Shown in pieces: positions 17,261 through 26,175 of a stretch of 64,000 nt of DNA. This stretch comes from Mycoplasma sp. CAG:776. Lineage in GTDB: Bacteria > Bacillota_I > Bacilli_A > RF39 > UBA660. A program made the translations under genes and the position numbers. The stretch covers positions 5,757 through 69,756 of the forward strand of contig FR903053.1 of NCBI GenBank assembly GCA_000438195.1. Reading direction: 5' to 3'. A model generated the notes under the pieces. The model was given only the letters and a program-made list of their open reading frames with translations. It made no database searches and was not told where the DNA came from. The first letter of the stretch is position 1; each line of letters begins with the position of its first letter.

Positions 17261-19324
17261 ATGAAAGAAAAAATTAAATTATTTTTTCGAAAACTTCGGA
17301 AAAATGTGATTGAATATATAGCTACTAATCGTTTGTTTCTTGCTTATGTTATCCTAGCTATGGCTGGGTTAATGCTTGTAAGAAATTTTACTGTTAATAA
17401 TATGTGGAGTTTTGAAGCTTTTATTTGTGATTTAGCTTTAGTTTTGATGTTTGGTTCTTTAGGATATTTAGTAAAACCTAAAAATCAATATTTATATTTT
17501 ATGATTGTTTTAATTATATTTACCTTAATGGAAGTAATAAATGGTATTTATTATACTTTTTATACTTCTTTTGCTTCTTTTGGTGAACTTGCAACAGCTG
17601 GGCAAACAGAGACGGTTATGGGTTCGATATTTGAGAAGATAGAAATTACACATGTGATTTATATTATTTTTCCAATTTTATTTTATTTTATTCATAAAAA
17701 GTTATTTAAGAGTGCTTATTACAGTTTTATGAGTGTAGTAGAAAAAGGGAAAAAAATGTGTGTGGTTACACTTTTGGTGGGCTGTTTATTTTTAGCATAT
17801 ACTTTTGTAACAGCGACAGGAACCGATTATTCGAGGCTTGCTAAACAATGGAATAGGGTTTATGTGGTGGAACGCTTTGGAATAGTTTTGTATCAAATTA
17901 ATGATTTAATTCAAACTTTAACTCCTAAATTTAGCAGTTTGTTTGGATATGATGAGGCTGCTCAAAGTTTTATTGATTATTTTACTAGTGATGAAGTAGA
18001 CGAGTATGATGGTGAAAATAAATATACTGGTATTTTAGAAGGATACAATATTGTTTTTATTCACATGGAAGGAATGCAAACTTATTTGATGGATTTAGTG
18101 TTTAATGGAGTGGAAGTTACTCCTAACTTAAATCAAATTGCTAGTGAAGGAATGTTCTTTTCTAGATTTTACCCTCAAGTAAGCATTGGTACTTCTAGTG
18201 ATACAGAATTTACTCTTAATACAAGTTTACTTCCAGCGGCAAGTGGAGCGGTATTTACTTCTTATTATGATCGAGAATATGTAACTATACCAAAACTTTT
18301 GAAAGAAAAGGGTTATACAACTTTTAGTACTCATGGGAATTATGCTTCTATGTGGAATCGAGCTATTGTACATCCTCGTTTTGGATATGATGAGATGTAT
18401 TTTGAAGAATCTTTTGATTATACAGAAGAGGATGTTATTAACTTAGGTATTAATGATAAGTTATTTTTTAAACAAGTTGTTCCAATTATAGAAAATATAG
18501 AGCAAAATAGTACTAATTATATGGGAACAATTATCACTTTATCTAATCATTCACCGTTTAAGTTTTTAGATCAGTATGGAGAATATGATATGTCTACTAC
18601 TTACGAGGAATGTGATGAAAATCAAGTATGTCAAGAAAAAACTACTAATTATTTGTATGGAACAGATGCAGGAAATTATATTATGAGTAGTCATTATGCT
18701 GATCAAGCTTTAGGAGAATTCTTTGAATATGTAAATAATTCGGAATATTTTAATAATACTGTGTTTGTATTATATGGTGATCATGATGCAAAGTTATCTA
18801 GAAATGCTTTAAATTATTTGTATAATTATGATTATAAGACTGGTGAACTTAAGAGTGAAGATGATCCGACTTATATTCAGTATGATGAATATGATCATGA
18901 ACTTAATAAAAATACTCCATTAATTATTTGGACGAAAAATAAAGAATTACGTCGTAAACTTCACGGAGAAGTAGATTATGTAATGGGAATGTATGATGTT
19001 ATGCCTACTTTAGGAAATATGCTTGGAATTGAAAATGAGTTTGCTATGGGTCATGATATCTTTAATATTAAAGATGATAATTATGTAGTTTTTCCAAGTG
19101 GTAATTTTGTAACTAATTTGATATATTATAATAATTCTACAGGACAATCTAAAATCATTAAAGAAGGTGCTACCTTATCTAGTGATTATATTGCTAATAT
19201 GATTCAAAAAACAGAAAAAGTATTGGAAGTATCTAATTCAATTATTGTTCATGATTTGATTAAAAATGAAGGTGATACAGTAAGAAAAATTAAAGAAAAT
19301 AAAGAAAATGAGGCAACAGAATGA
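17261..19324 (+). CDS. ltaS: Lipoteichoic acid synthase family protein (sulfatase domain)
   Basis: 5 N-terminal TM helices plus an extracellular sulfatase-like domain (HMEGMQ, SIGTSSDTEF, LSNHSPF, YGDHD). Confidence 0.8.
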   Translation: MKEKIKLFFRKLRKNVIEYIATNRLFLAYVILAMAGLMLVRNFTVNNMWSFEAFICDLALVLMFGSLGYLVKPKNQYLYFMIVLIIFTLMEVINGIYYTFYTSFASFGELATAGQTETVMGSIFEKIEITHVIYIIFPILFYFIHKKLFKSAYYSFMSVVEKGKKMCVVTLLVGCLFLAYTFVTATGTDYSRLAKQWNRVYVVERFGIVLYQINDLIQTLTPKFSSLFGYDEAAQSFIDYFTSDEVDEYDGENKYTGILEGYNIVFIHMEGMQTYLMDLVFNGVEVTPNLNQIASEGMFFSRFYPQVSIGTSSDTEFTLNTSLLPAASGAVFTSYYDREYVTIPKLLKEKGYTTFSTHGNYASMWNRAIVHPRFGYDEMYFEESFDYTEEDVINLGINDKLFFKQVVPIIENIEQNSTNYMGTIITLSNHSPFKFLDQYGEYDMSTTYEECDENQVCQEKTTNYLYGTDAGNYIMSSHYADQALGEFFEYVNNSEYFNNTVFVLYGDHDAKLSRNALNYLYNYDYKTGELKSEDDPTYIQYDEYDHELNKNTPLIIWTKNKELRRKLHGEVDYVMGMYDVMPTLGNMLGIENEFAMGHDIFNIKDDNYVVFPSGNFVTNLIYYNNSTGQSKIIKEGATLSSDYIANMIQKTEKVLEVSNSIIVHDLIKNEGDTVRKIKENKENEATE

Positions 19325-19959
19325 GAAAAAGATATAAAATAGGGTTAATTATTATTAGTGTTTTATTAGCGAGTGTGATTGGAGTAGGTGTTTTTAAAAT
19401 ATTTTATTCTAATGATGAGGAAGAAAAAGAGCCTAATGTTACAAATGTAATATCTAATATAACAGATTATGGTTATACTTTAGATGATCGAGATACAGCT
19501 TATATGAAAGAAACTTTTAAAGAATTAGAAACGATTCTTGAGGAATCAGAAATAGATGATCATGATTATGCATCGGTATTAGCCAAATTGTTTGTGATTG
19601 ATTTTTATACGCTTAATAATAAAATTAATAAGTATGATGTAGGAAGTTTGGAATATATATTAAGTAGTAAAGTTGATAGTTTTCGTTTAAAAGCGATGGA
19701 TACTATCTATCGTGATATTCTTGATAATACTTATCGAGATCGTGTTCAAGATTTGCCGGAAATTACAAATGTTCAAGTACTAGATGTAGTAGATACAACC
19801 TTTACTTTGAATGAAGAAGAAGTGCAGGCTATTCAAGTTACAATGAATTATGAGTATAAAGAAGATTTAGGGTATGATACAGAAGGAACAATTTATTTTG
19901 TTAAGAATGCTAATAAATTAGAGGTTGTATCTTATACTCCAGAAATAGAAGAAGTTTAG
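19321..19959 (+). CDS. Membrane-anchored hypothetical protein
   Basis: ATGA overlap with ltaS; single N-terminal TM; acidic extracytoplasmic domain. Confidence 0.5.
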   Translation: MRKRYKIGLIIISVLLASVIGVGVFKIFYSNDEEEKEPNVTNVISNITDYGYTLDDRDTAYMKETFKELETILEESEIDDHDYASVLAKLFVIDFYTLNNKINKYDVGSLEYILSSKVDSFRLKAMDTIYRDILDNTYRDRVQDLPEITNVQVLDVVDTTFTLNEEEVQAIQVTMNYEYKEDLGYDTEGTIYFVKNANKLEVVSYTPEIEEV

Positions 19960-19967
19960 AAAGTGGG

Positions 19968-20756
19968 ATGCTGTATATGAGAAAGTTTGATCCAATTGAT
20001 ATATTTTTCATTGCGATAATAACAACGTATTTTATTACTTTAATATGTATTGGTATTACTTTTTTGTATATTAAGTTTTCTAAAAATAAAAGTAGTAAAA
20101 TTACTTCTAAAAAACAAAATAATGTTGTAAATGTTGTCGAAATAAAGGAAAAAGTAAAAAAAGAGCAATTACCAAAGAAGGTTAATAACAAAGTTCCTTC
20201 AGGAACTTGGAAAGAGAAAATATTATCTAGTGCTTTATTTCATAAATTGTTTATGAAAGAAGTAAAAGCTAAGAAGCAAGTTGAGCCTATTATTAAGAAA
20301 GAGCCTGTAACTAAATTAAAAATAGAAGAAAAAGTAAGTATTGAACCTGAAAAAATAAAGAAAGTTCAAGATCAGAAAGAAAAGGCAGTAGAAAATAATG
20401 TAGTGGTTGTTAAAGATCATAAAATGGTTCAGAATGATAAAAAAGATGAATTAGTTGATGAATCTAAAAAAACAGTTACTAAGAAAAACTTGAATACAAA
20501 GACAACTACAGTTAAGAAAAATTCTAATAATAGTAAGGTAGTTAGTAAAAATTCAGGAAATGGAAATAAAACATCTACTAATAAGAAGTCTAATACTAAT
20601 TCAAATAAAAAGAGTAGTAATCAAAATAAATCTTCTACTAAGAAAAAAGCAGGGACTTCTTCAAAAAATAGTGTTAAAAAAACTAGTAGTACTCCCTCTA
20701 AAAAGTCATCTACAAAAAATAGTAAGAGAAAGAAAAAAATTACTAGTAAAAAATAA
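19968..20756 (+). CDS. Membrane-anchored protein with a long Lys/Ser/Asn/Thr low-complexity tail
   Basis: One TM (IFFIAIITTYFITLICIGITFLYI), then a K-rich region ending in a SKKSSTKNSKRKKK-type tail. Confidence 0.5.
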   Translation: MLYMRKFDPIDIFFIAIITTYFITLICIGITFLYIKFSKNKSSKITSKKQNNVVNVVEIKEKVKKEQLPKKVNNKVPSGTWKEKILSSALFHKLFMKEVKAKKQVEPIIKKEPVTKLKIEEKVSIEPEKIKKVQDQKEKAVENNVVVVKDHKMVQNDKKDELVDESKKTVTKKNLNTKTTTVKKNSNNSKVVSKNSGNGNKTSTNKKSNTNSNKKSSNQNKSSTKKKAGTSSKNSVKKTSSTPSKKSSTKNSKRKKKITSKK

Positions 20757-20883
20757 AAATTAGTGATATAAATTGTTTTATTATGTAAAGCGATTTATAT
20801 CTTTTTATTTGATTATTTATTTTGGGTTTTTGTCTATTCATTATTATTTATCCTTCATATGATACTTTAGGAGGTAATTTGAA

Positions 20884-21318
20884 GTGTTATTTGAAGATAA
20901 TGATTTTGATATTAATATGGCTTTTTTTATTCCAGATGTGAATTTTAATCGTGATGTTAATATTTTAAGTCCCATGGAAGGTTTTTTAAGAGGAAATATG
21001 TTTCAAAATGAATATGAACCATATAAGGGTCTAACTTATTTTAAGTTAAATCCAAAAGATGAAAAAGAAAGAATGCTTTATCAAGTGATGGCTTTATCCT
21101 TTGCTATTAATGATTTAAATTTATATTTAGATTTACATCCAGATGACAAGCAAGTGTTTGAACTTTTTAAAAAATATGTAAAAGAAGAAGAAGATATGTG
21201 TCAATCATATGTTAAGAAATATGGACCTCTTGAAGTAACAGAGACTATGGGCGGGAAATTTAATTGGCTTAATAGTCCATGGCCATGGGATACTAAAGGA
21301 GGTAGCATGTATGTTTAA
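20884..21318 (+). CDS. cotJB: Spore coat protein CotJB with an N-terminal CotJA-like extension
   Basis: LNLYLDLHPDD...YGPL...PWPW CotJB signature; N-terminal FIPDVNF...SPMEGFLRGNMFQNEYEPY resembles the CotJA motif; GTG is 9 nt after AGGAGG. Confidence 0.7.
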   Translation: MLFEDNDFDINMAFFIPDVNFNRDVNILSPMEGFLRGNMFQNEYEPYKGLTYFKLNPKDEKERMLYQVMALSFAINDLNLYLDLHPDDKQVFELFKKYVKEEEDMCQSYVKKYGPLEVTETMGGKFNWLNSPWPWDTKGGSMYV

Positions 21319-21868
21319 ATATTTAAAACACACTAACTATCCGGTGAATATTAAAAAGAAAGATTTGAAAATGGCTAAGTATTTAATTACACAATTTGGT
21401 GGTGCTAATGGAGAACTTGCTGCTGCTATGCGTTATTTTTCTCAAAAATTTAGTATGCCTGATGATTATGGGAAAGCTTTATTAAATGATATTGCAACTG
21501 AGGAACTTGGTCATTGTGAAATGATTGCTAGTATGGTTCATCAATTAACTAAAAATGCTACAGTAAAAGAAATGGAAGAAGCAGGGCTTGGTGGTGTATT
21601 TGCAGATCATGGAAAGGGAGTTTATCCAACAGATGCCAGTGGTGTTCCTTTTACTGTTGCTTATTTTGCTGTTACAGGGGATCCTTTAGCAGATATTATG
21701 GAGGATATGGCTGCTGAGCAAAAGGCTAGAGCAACTTATGAGAACTTAATAGAATTAACTGATGATGAGGATGTTGTGCAGGTTTTACTTTTTTTAAGAC
21801 AAAGAGAAATTGTTCATTATAATCGATTTAAAGAACTTTTTACATATTATAAAAAGAGAGGATATTAG
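21311..21868 (+). CDS. cotJC: Spore coat protein CotJC (manganese catalase family)
   Basis: GGANGELAAAMRYFSQ and EELGHCEMIA di-metal ligand motifs; overlaps the cotJB stop. Confidence 0.85.
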   Translation: MFKYLKHTNYPVNIKKKDLKMAKYLITQFGGANGELAAAMRYFSQKFSMPDDYGKALLNDIATEELGHCEMIASMVHQLTKNATVKEMEEAGLGGVFADHGKGVYPTDASGVPFTVAYFAVTGDPLADIMEDMAAEQKARATYENLIELTDDEDVVQVLLFLRQREIVHYNRFKELFTYYKKRGY

Positions 21869-21936
21869 GATTTTTAATAGTCCTTTTTTTCTTGTAAAAT
21901 TATAGAAGATGTGATAGTATTATATTAGAATAAGAA

Positions 21937-23613
21937 ATGGTGGGTGGCAGTGGATTTATGCACACAGAAATATTTAGTAATATTGATTTATTAGTTAGTA
22001 TGGCTGGTTCATCTCTAAATGTGGGAGATATTGAAGCAGAATTAGTGACAGTTAATAAAGAAATTCAAAATAAAAAACAAGAAATAGAGGATCTTAAGAG
22101 TATGATGAATGATGCTCGTTATTTTAATGCTTCTAGTGAGCTTGTTGATAAAAATATTGAAGTTAGCTTAAAATCTAAAATAAGCCGCCTTAATCGAGAA
22201 ATTAAAGATATTGAAAGTAAGCTTGAAGAAATAAAAGTAGATGAGAATAAATTTTATGAGGATATTACGGCTTTAAAAGAGAAAATAAATGAGAATGAAA
22301 AATATGTTTCAGTACTAGAAGCAAAAATAGATACAAGTAGTAGTAATTATGATAGTTTTTTAAAAGGAGAAGAAGCTCATTTACAAAAATTAAAAGATGA
22401 ACTTTTAAATAAAGAAAAAAAACATCAGGCTATATTGAAAAATTTAGATTTAGAGGGACAAGCTTTATCAGAATTGCGTTTGAAAAAAGAAGCAGAAGAA
22501 ATTAGATTGGGAGATATTGTAGATAATCTTAATAATCCTAATGCTTATATTGATCAAGAATTAAAAAGCCAAGATGAAGAAAAATTGATATCTTTACATG
22601 AGACTTTAGATGAACTTCAGAAAAAAAAGCTAGATTTTTTGACTGATCCTAATATGATAGGGGCTGATGCTAAAGAATTGGTTCTTAATGAAAATTATAC
22701 GGAAGCATTAAATAAAATTCGAGAGTTATTAAATGTAGTTAAAGAAAAACCATTTATGGATGTTACAAATTTAGCGGTATTAGATGAAGAACTAGAGAAA
22801 AAAGAGTTGGAGAGGAACGAACTTGCTAACTATATTGATTCTAAAAATTATGCAAGTATGAATAGTGATGAAATTAGTAAAAGAATTGAATATTTAAATA
22901 ACGAAATTGAAAAAGGGCAAAATAGTATTACGCATTTAAGAGAAATGAATCAGGGGATTGATCAGGAACTTGATCATAATTTAACTAATTTAATTCATGA
23001 TCTTGAAACTAGGATTTTGCAATTGGGTACGGAAATCTTAGAATATGATAAATTACTTAAAGATTCTACTAAGTCTAGAAGAACGAAAGCTAATTTGGAA
23101 AATGGTATTTTGAAAAAACAAAAAGAAAAAGATACTTTAGAACAGATTTTAAGAGATTATAAAAGTGATTTATTCTTTCAAGTTACAGTTTTAAATACTG
23201 TGAATAAGATTATTCAAAAATTTGAGGGAAATATTGAAAAGTATCATAGTGAAATTGGTAATTTACAACGTATTCAAGGTTTAGATGAAGTTTCTAAAGA
23301 TTTTATTGAAGAAGAAAAAGATAAAGAAAAATTAAAGAGTATCAATGAAGAAATTTTGCAAATTAAAACTCGAAAGAAGTTTGACAGAACTCCTGATGAA
23401 ATTTATGATCAAATTGAAATGTTGCTTGCTAATGAAAGTAGTCAAACTTCAAAGTTTGAAACAGAAAAAGAGCAGACAATTGATTTAGGAATTGATGATT
23501 TATTTCATGATGAAGTAATAGAGCAACCAAGATATAAGGTCGTTGAAATGATTCCGGCACAAACAATTCAAAGTGATGGAGTAGTGGCTGGAGGTGTTTC
23601 TTATGGGGCTTAA
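21937..23613 (+). CDS. Long coiled-coil protein (start could be the ATG at 21958)
   Basis: Heptad-like E/K/L-rich sequence over ~500 aa; no catalytic motifs seen. Confidence 0.5.
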   Translation: MVGGSGFMHTEIFSNIDLLVSMAGSSLNVGDIEAELVTVNKEIQNKKQEIEDLKSMMNDARYFNASSELVDKNIEVSLKSKISRLNREIKDIESKLEEIKVDENKFYEDITALKEKINENEKYVSVLEAKIDTSSSNYDSFLKGEEAHLQKLKDELLNKEKKHQAILKNLDLEGQALSELRLKKEAEEIRLGDIVDNLNNPNAYIDQELKSQDEEKLISLHETLDELQKKKLDFLTDPNMIGADAKELVLNENYTEALNKIRELLNVVKEKPFMDVTNLAVLDEELEKKELERNELANYIDSKNYASMNSDEISKRIEYLNNEIEKGQNSITHLREMNQGIDQELDHNLTNLIHDLETRILQLGTEILEYDKLLKDSTKSRRTKANLENGILKKQKEKDTLEQILRDYKSDLFFQVTVLNTVNKIIQKFEGNIEKYHSEIGNLQRIQGLDEVSKDFIEEEKDKEKLKSINEEILQIKTRKKFDRTPDEIYDQIEMLLANESSQTSKFETEKEQTIDLGIDDLFHDEVIEQPRYKVVEMIPAQTIQSDGVVAGGVSYGA

Positions 23614-23848
23614 AATTAATTATATTATTGTATTAGATAATAAAGAGCAATATATTGTTTTAAAAGAAGCCATGTATTATGGTAAAAAATATTTTTTGGC
23701 TATGGGGTTAAATGAACAGCGAGAAGTTATTTCTTCTAAAATTGCTATTTTAGAGGAACATGTAAGTGGACTTGATACCTATGTTAGTAAAGTGGTTGAT
23801 GGGGATTTAATAACCGTTTTAACAAGAATGTTTAAAGCTCAGATGTGA
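23603..23848 (+). CDS. Small DUF1292-like protein, translationally coupled to the coiled-coil gene
   Basis: ATG 23603 is 8 nt after GGAGG and inside the upstream gene's last codons; YIIVLDNKEQYIVLKEAMYYGKKYFLAM resembles the DUF1292 pattern. Confidence 0.45.
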   Translation: MGLKINYIIVLDNKEQYIVLKEAMYYGKKYFLAMGLNEQREVISSKIAILEEHVSGLDTYVSKVVDGDLITVLTRMFKAQM

Positions 23849-23918
23849 TCACTTGAAAAAAACTGGATTATCGTCCACTTTTTTGATATAATTATTAGGC
23901 ATATAGGAAGGTGAAGTT

Positions 23919-24734
23919 ATGACTTTAGCTAACATTTGGGATGTAATCACAAAGATTATTGATATTGGAATTGTTTGGCTAGTATTTTATTTTATATTAA
24001 AAAATATTAAAAATAATATTAAGATGGTTCTTATTTTTAAGGGAGTATTATTAATTTTAGTAATTAAGCTTTTAAGTGATCTATTAGATTTATATACAGT
24101 TGGAGTTATTTTGCAATATTGTTTAGAATGGGGACCTTTAGCTATTATTGTGATTTTTCAACCAGAAATTAGAAGTGTACTCGAATCTATTGGAAGAACA
24201 CAGCTTCTTGGTAGACATAAAATATTAACAATTGATGAAAGAGAAAAAGTCGTTTATGAAATCATGCGAGCAATAGAGTATTTTAAAAAGAATCGTATTG
24301 GTGCTTTAATAGTTATTGAACGAGAGATCTCTTTACAGGAATATATTGAACCTGCTACAAAAGTTTATGCGGATTTATCTAGTGATTTATTGGAAACAAT
24401 TTTCTTTCCTAATGGTCCTTTACATGATGGAGGAGTTATTGTACAAGGAGATCGTATTACAGTAGCAGGGGCTGTATTTAAAACTAGTATGAATCCATCT
24501 ATTTCTAAAAGACTTGGTACAAGACATAGAGCTGCTTTAGGAATTGCTGAGGAAAGTGATGCAATTGCTTTAGTAGTATCTGAGGAGTCTGGACGTATTA
24601 GTATAGCGGTTGATGGAGAATTAAATTATAATTTGACAATTGATGAATTTAGAATGATTTTGATAGAAGCTTTAAATCCCAAACCTGAGGTGTTTTATGA
24701 AGCTGAAGAAAAGAAAAGTGCTGGTGATGAATAA
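23919..24734 (+). CDS. cdaA: Diadenylate cyclase CdaA
   Basis: 3 N-terminal TM helices, DAC domain motifs DGGVIV and RHRAALGIAEESDA. Confidence 0.9.
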   Translation: MTLANIWDVITKIIDIGIVWLVFYFILKNIKNNIKMVLIFKGVLLILVIKLLSDLLDLYTVGVILQYCLEWGPLAIIVIFQPEIRSVLESIGRTQLLGRHKILTIDEREKVVYEIMRAIEYFKKNRIGALIVIEREISLQEYIEPATKVYADLSSDLLETIFFPNGPLHDGGVIVQGDRITVAGAVFKTSMNPSISKRLGTRHRAALGIAEESDAIALVVSEESGRISIAVDGELNYNLTIDEFRMILIEALNPKPEVFYEAEEKKSAGDE

Positions 24735-26104
24735 TGAAAAAAATAGGAAAAGCTATAGGCCGTTTTTTCATGGCTATTTACCGTGTTATTGATAAAATAA
24801 TTGTTACACCAATTAGTAGATTAATTTTTAATATTCGGGAATATTTACGTTCTAAGAATATTAAATTGGATTATATTTTTAATCGTCCTAATTTTATGAT
24901 TTATGTGTCTCTTATTTTAGCTGTTGTAGTATTTTTGTTAATTGATTCTAGAGTGATTACTTTAGTTGAATCAGAAGCAGAGGTAATTACGAATGTTCCA
25001 GTTACAGTAAATTATAATGAAGAAGCTTATGTTGTTGAAGGGATACCTGAGACAGTTGATATTGTTTTAATTGGAAGAAAAAGTGATATTTATTTAGCAA
25101 AACAATTGGGAACAAATAATGTTATTTTAGATTTATCTGATTATGAAGCTAGAGATTCAGCATATCGAGTATATTTATCATATACTAAATCAATTGATTC
25201 AATTGATTATAAGTTAGATCCTTCTTATGTTACAGTAACTATTAAAGATAAAATTAGTGTTACGAAATCAATTGATTATGACTTAATTAATGAACAATAT
25301 TTGAGTGAAGAATTAAGTGTAGAGTCTGTAGAACTTAGTCGAAGTGAGGTGGTTGTTAAAGGTAGTGAAGATGCTATTAATAATATTGCCTCTGTTAAAG
25401 CTTTAATTGATTTAAGTGATGATGCTTTAAAAGAAGTTGGAACTTATGAGATAGATAATATTAAATTAGTTGCTTATGATTCTAATGGTGAAGTGCTAGA
25501 TAATATTGAAATTGTTCCTACTACTTTAACGGCAACAATTACATTAGATACTTATTCTAAGAGTGTACCTCTTGATGTTAGAACAACAGGTAACTTAGTA
25601 ACTGGTAAGGCAATTGCTTCGATTTTGATTAATAATCGTAATAGCTATTCTGTTACTATTTATGGTGATGAAGAGCAAATAGCAGATATCTTAAGTGTTC
25701 CTGTAACTATTAATGTGGATGGAGAAGGTGCTAATAGTTCTCGTAGCTATAATGTAACCATTTCTAAACCTACAGGTGTTCGAGCTTTAAGTGAAAATAA
25801 TGCAAGTATTATGGTTACTTTTGGAGATGAAAAACAAAAAGAATTAGAATTATCAACAATTTCAAGTAAAAACTTATCTAGTGGATATTCAGCGAATATT
25901 ATTGGTACAAGTAGTGTGCCAGTTATTGTAAAAGGTGTACAATCTGTTATTGATAATGTAGATGCAAGTGATATTAATGCTTATATTGACCTTGAAGGAT
26001 ATACGCCAGGAGAATATGAAGTAGAAGTTAAAATTGAAAATAATGATCCAAGACTTTCTTATGTAGTATCTTCTAAAGTTAAAGTAAGGATTACTAAAGA
26101 ATAG
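24734..26104 (+). CDS. cdaR: CdaA regulator CdaR (YbbR-domain repeats)
   Basis: Immediately follows cdaA (TAATG); N-terminal TM plus repeated YbbR-like beta-rich modules. Confidence 0.8.
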   Translation: MKKIGKAIGRFFMAIYRVIDKIIVTPISRLIFNIREYLRSKNIKLDYIFNRPNFMIYVSLILAVVVFLLIDSRVITLVESEAEVITNVPVTVNYNEEAYVVEGIPETVDIVLIGRKSDIYLAKQLGTNNVILDLSDYEARDSAYRVYLSYTKSIDSIDYKLDPSYVTVTIKDKISVTKSIDYDLINEQYLSEELSVESVELSRSEVVVKGSEDAINNIASVKALIDLSDDALKEVGTYEIDNIKLVAYDSNGEVLDNIEIVPTTLTATITLDTYSKSVPLDVRTTGNLVTGKAIASILINNRNSYSVTIYGDEEQIADILSVPVTINVDGEGANSSRSYNVTISKPTGVRALSENNASIMVTFGDEKQKELELSTISSKNLSSGYSANIIGTSSVPVIVKGVQSVIDNVDASDINAYIDLEGYTPGEYEVEVKIENNDPRLSYVVSSKVKVRITKE

Positions 26105-26126
26105 GAAGATTTATTCTTCCTTTTTT
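26103..26126 (+). terminator. Rho-independent terminator
   Basis: AGGAAGA-TTTAT-TCTTCCT followed by T5. Confidence 0.7.
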
Positions 26127-26175
26127 CGTGGTAAAATGACTCATTTTATGTTATTATTATGTACAGGTGATGAGT

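Noticed and set aside
20560-20763. 67-aa alternative-frame ORF in the K/S-rich tail region
   Set aside because: It is a same-strand overlapping frame generated by the low-complexity AAA/AGT-rich repeats. The longer frame, with its TM anchor, is the plausible gene.
20856-20864. CATATGATA resembling the mother-cell sigma-E/sigma-K -10 (CATA-N3-TA) upstream of cotJB
   Set aside because: The upstream -35 candidates (TCATTAT) are at the wrong spacing. The match is too short in AT-rich DNA to call a promoter.
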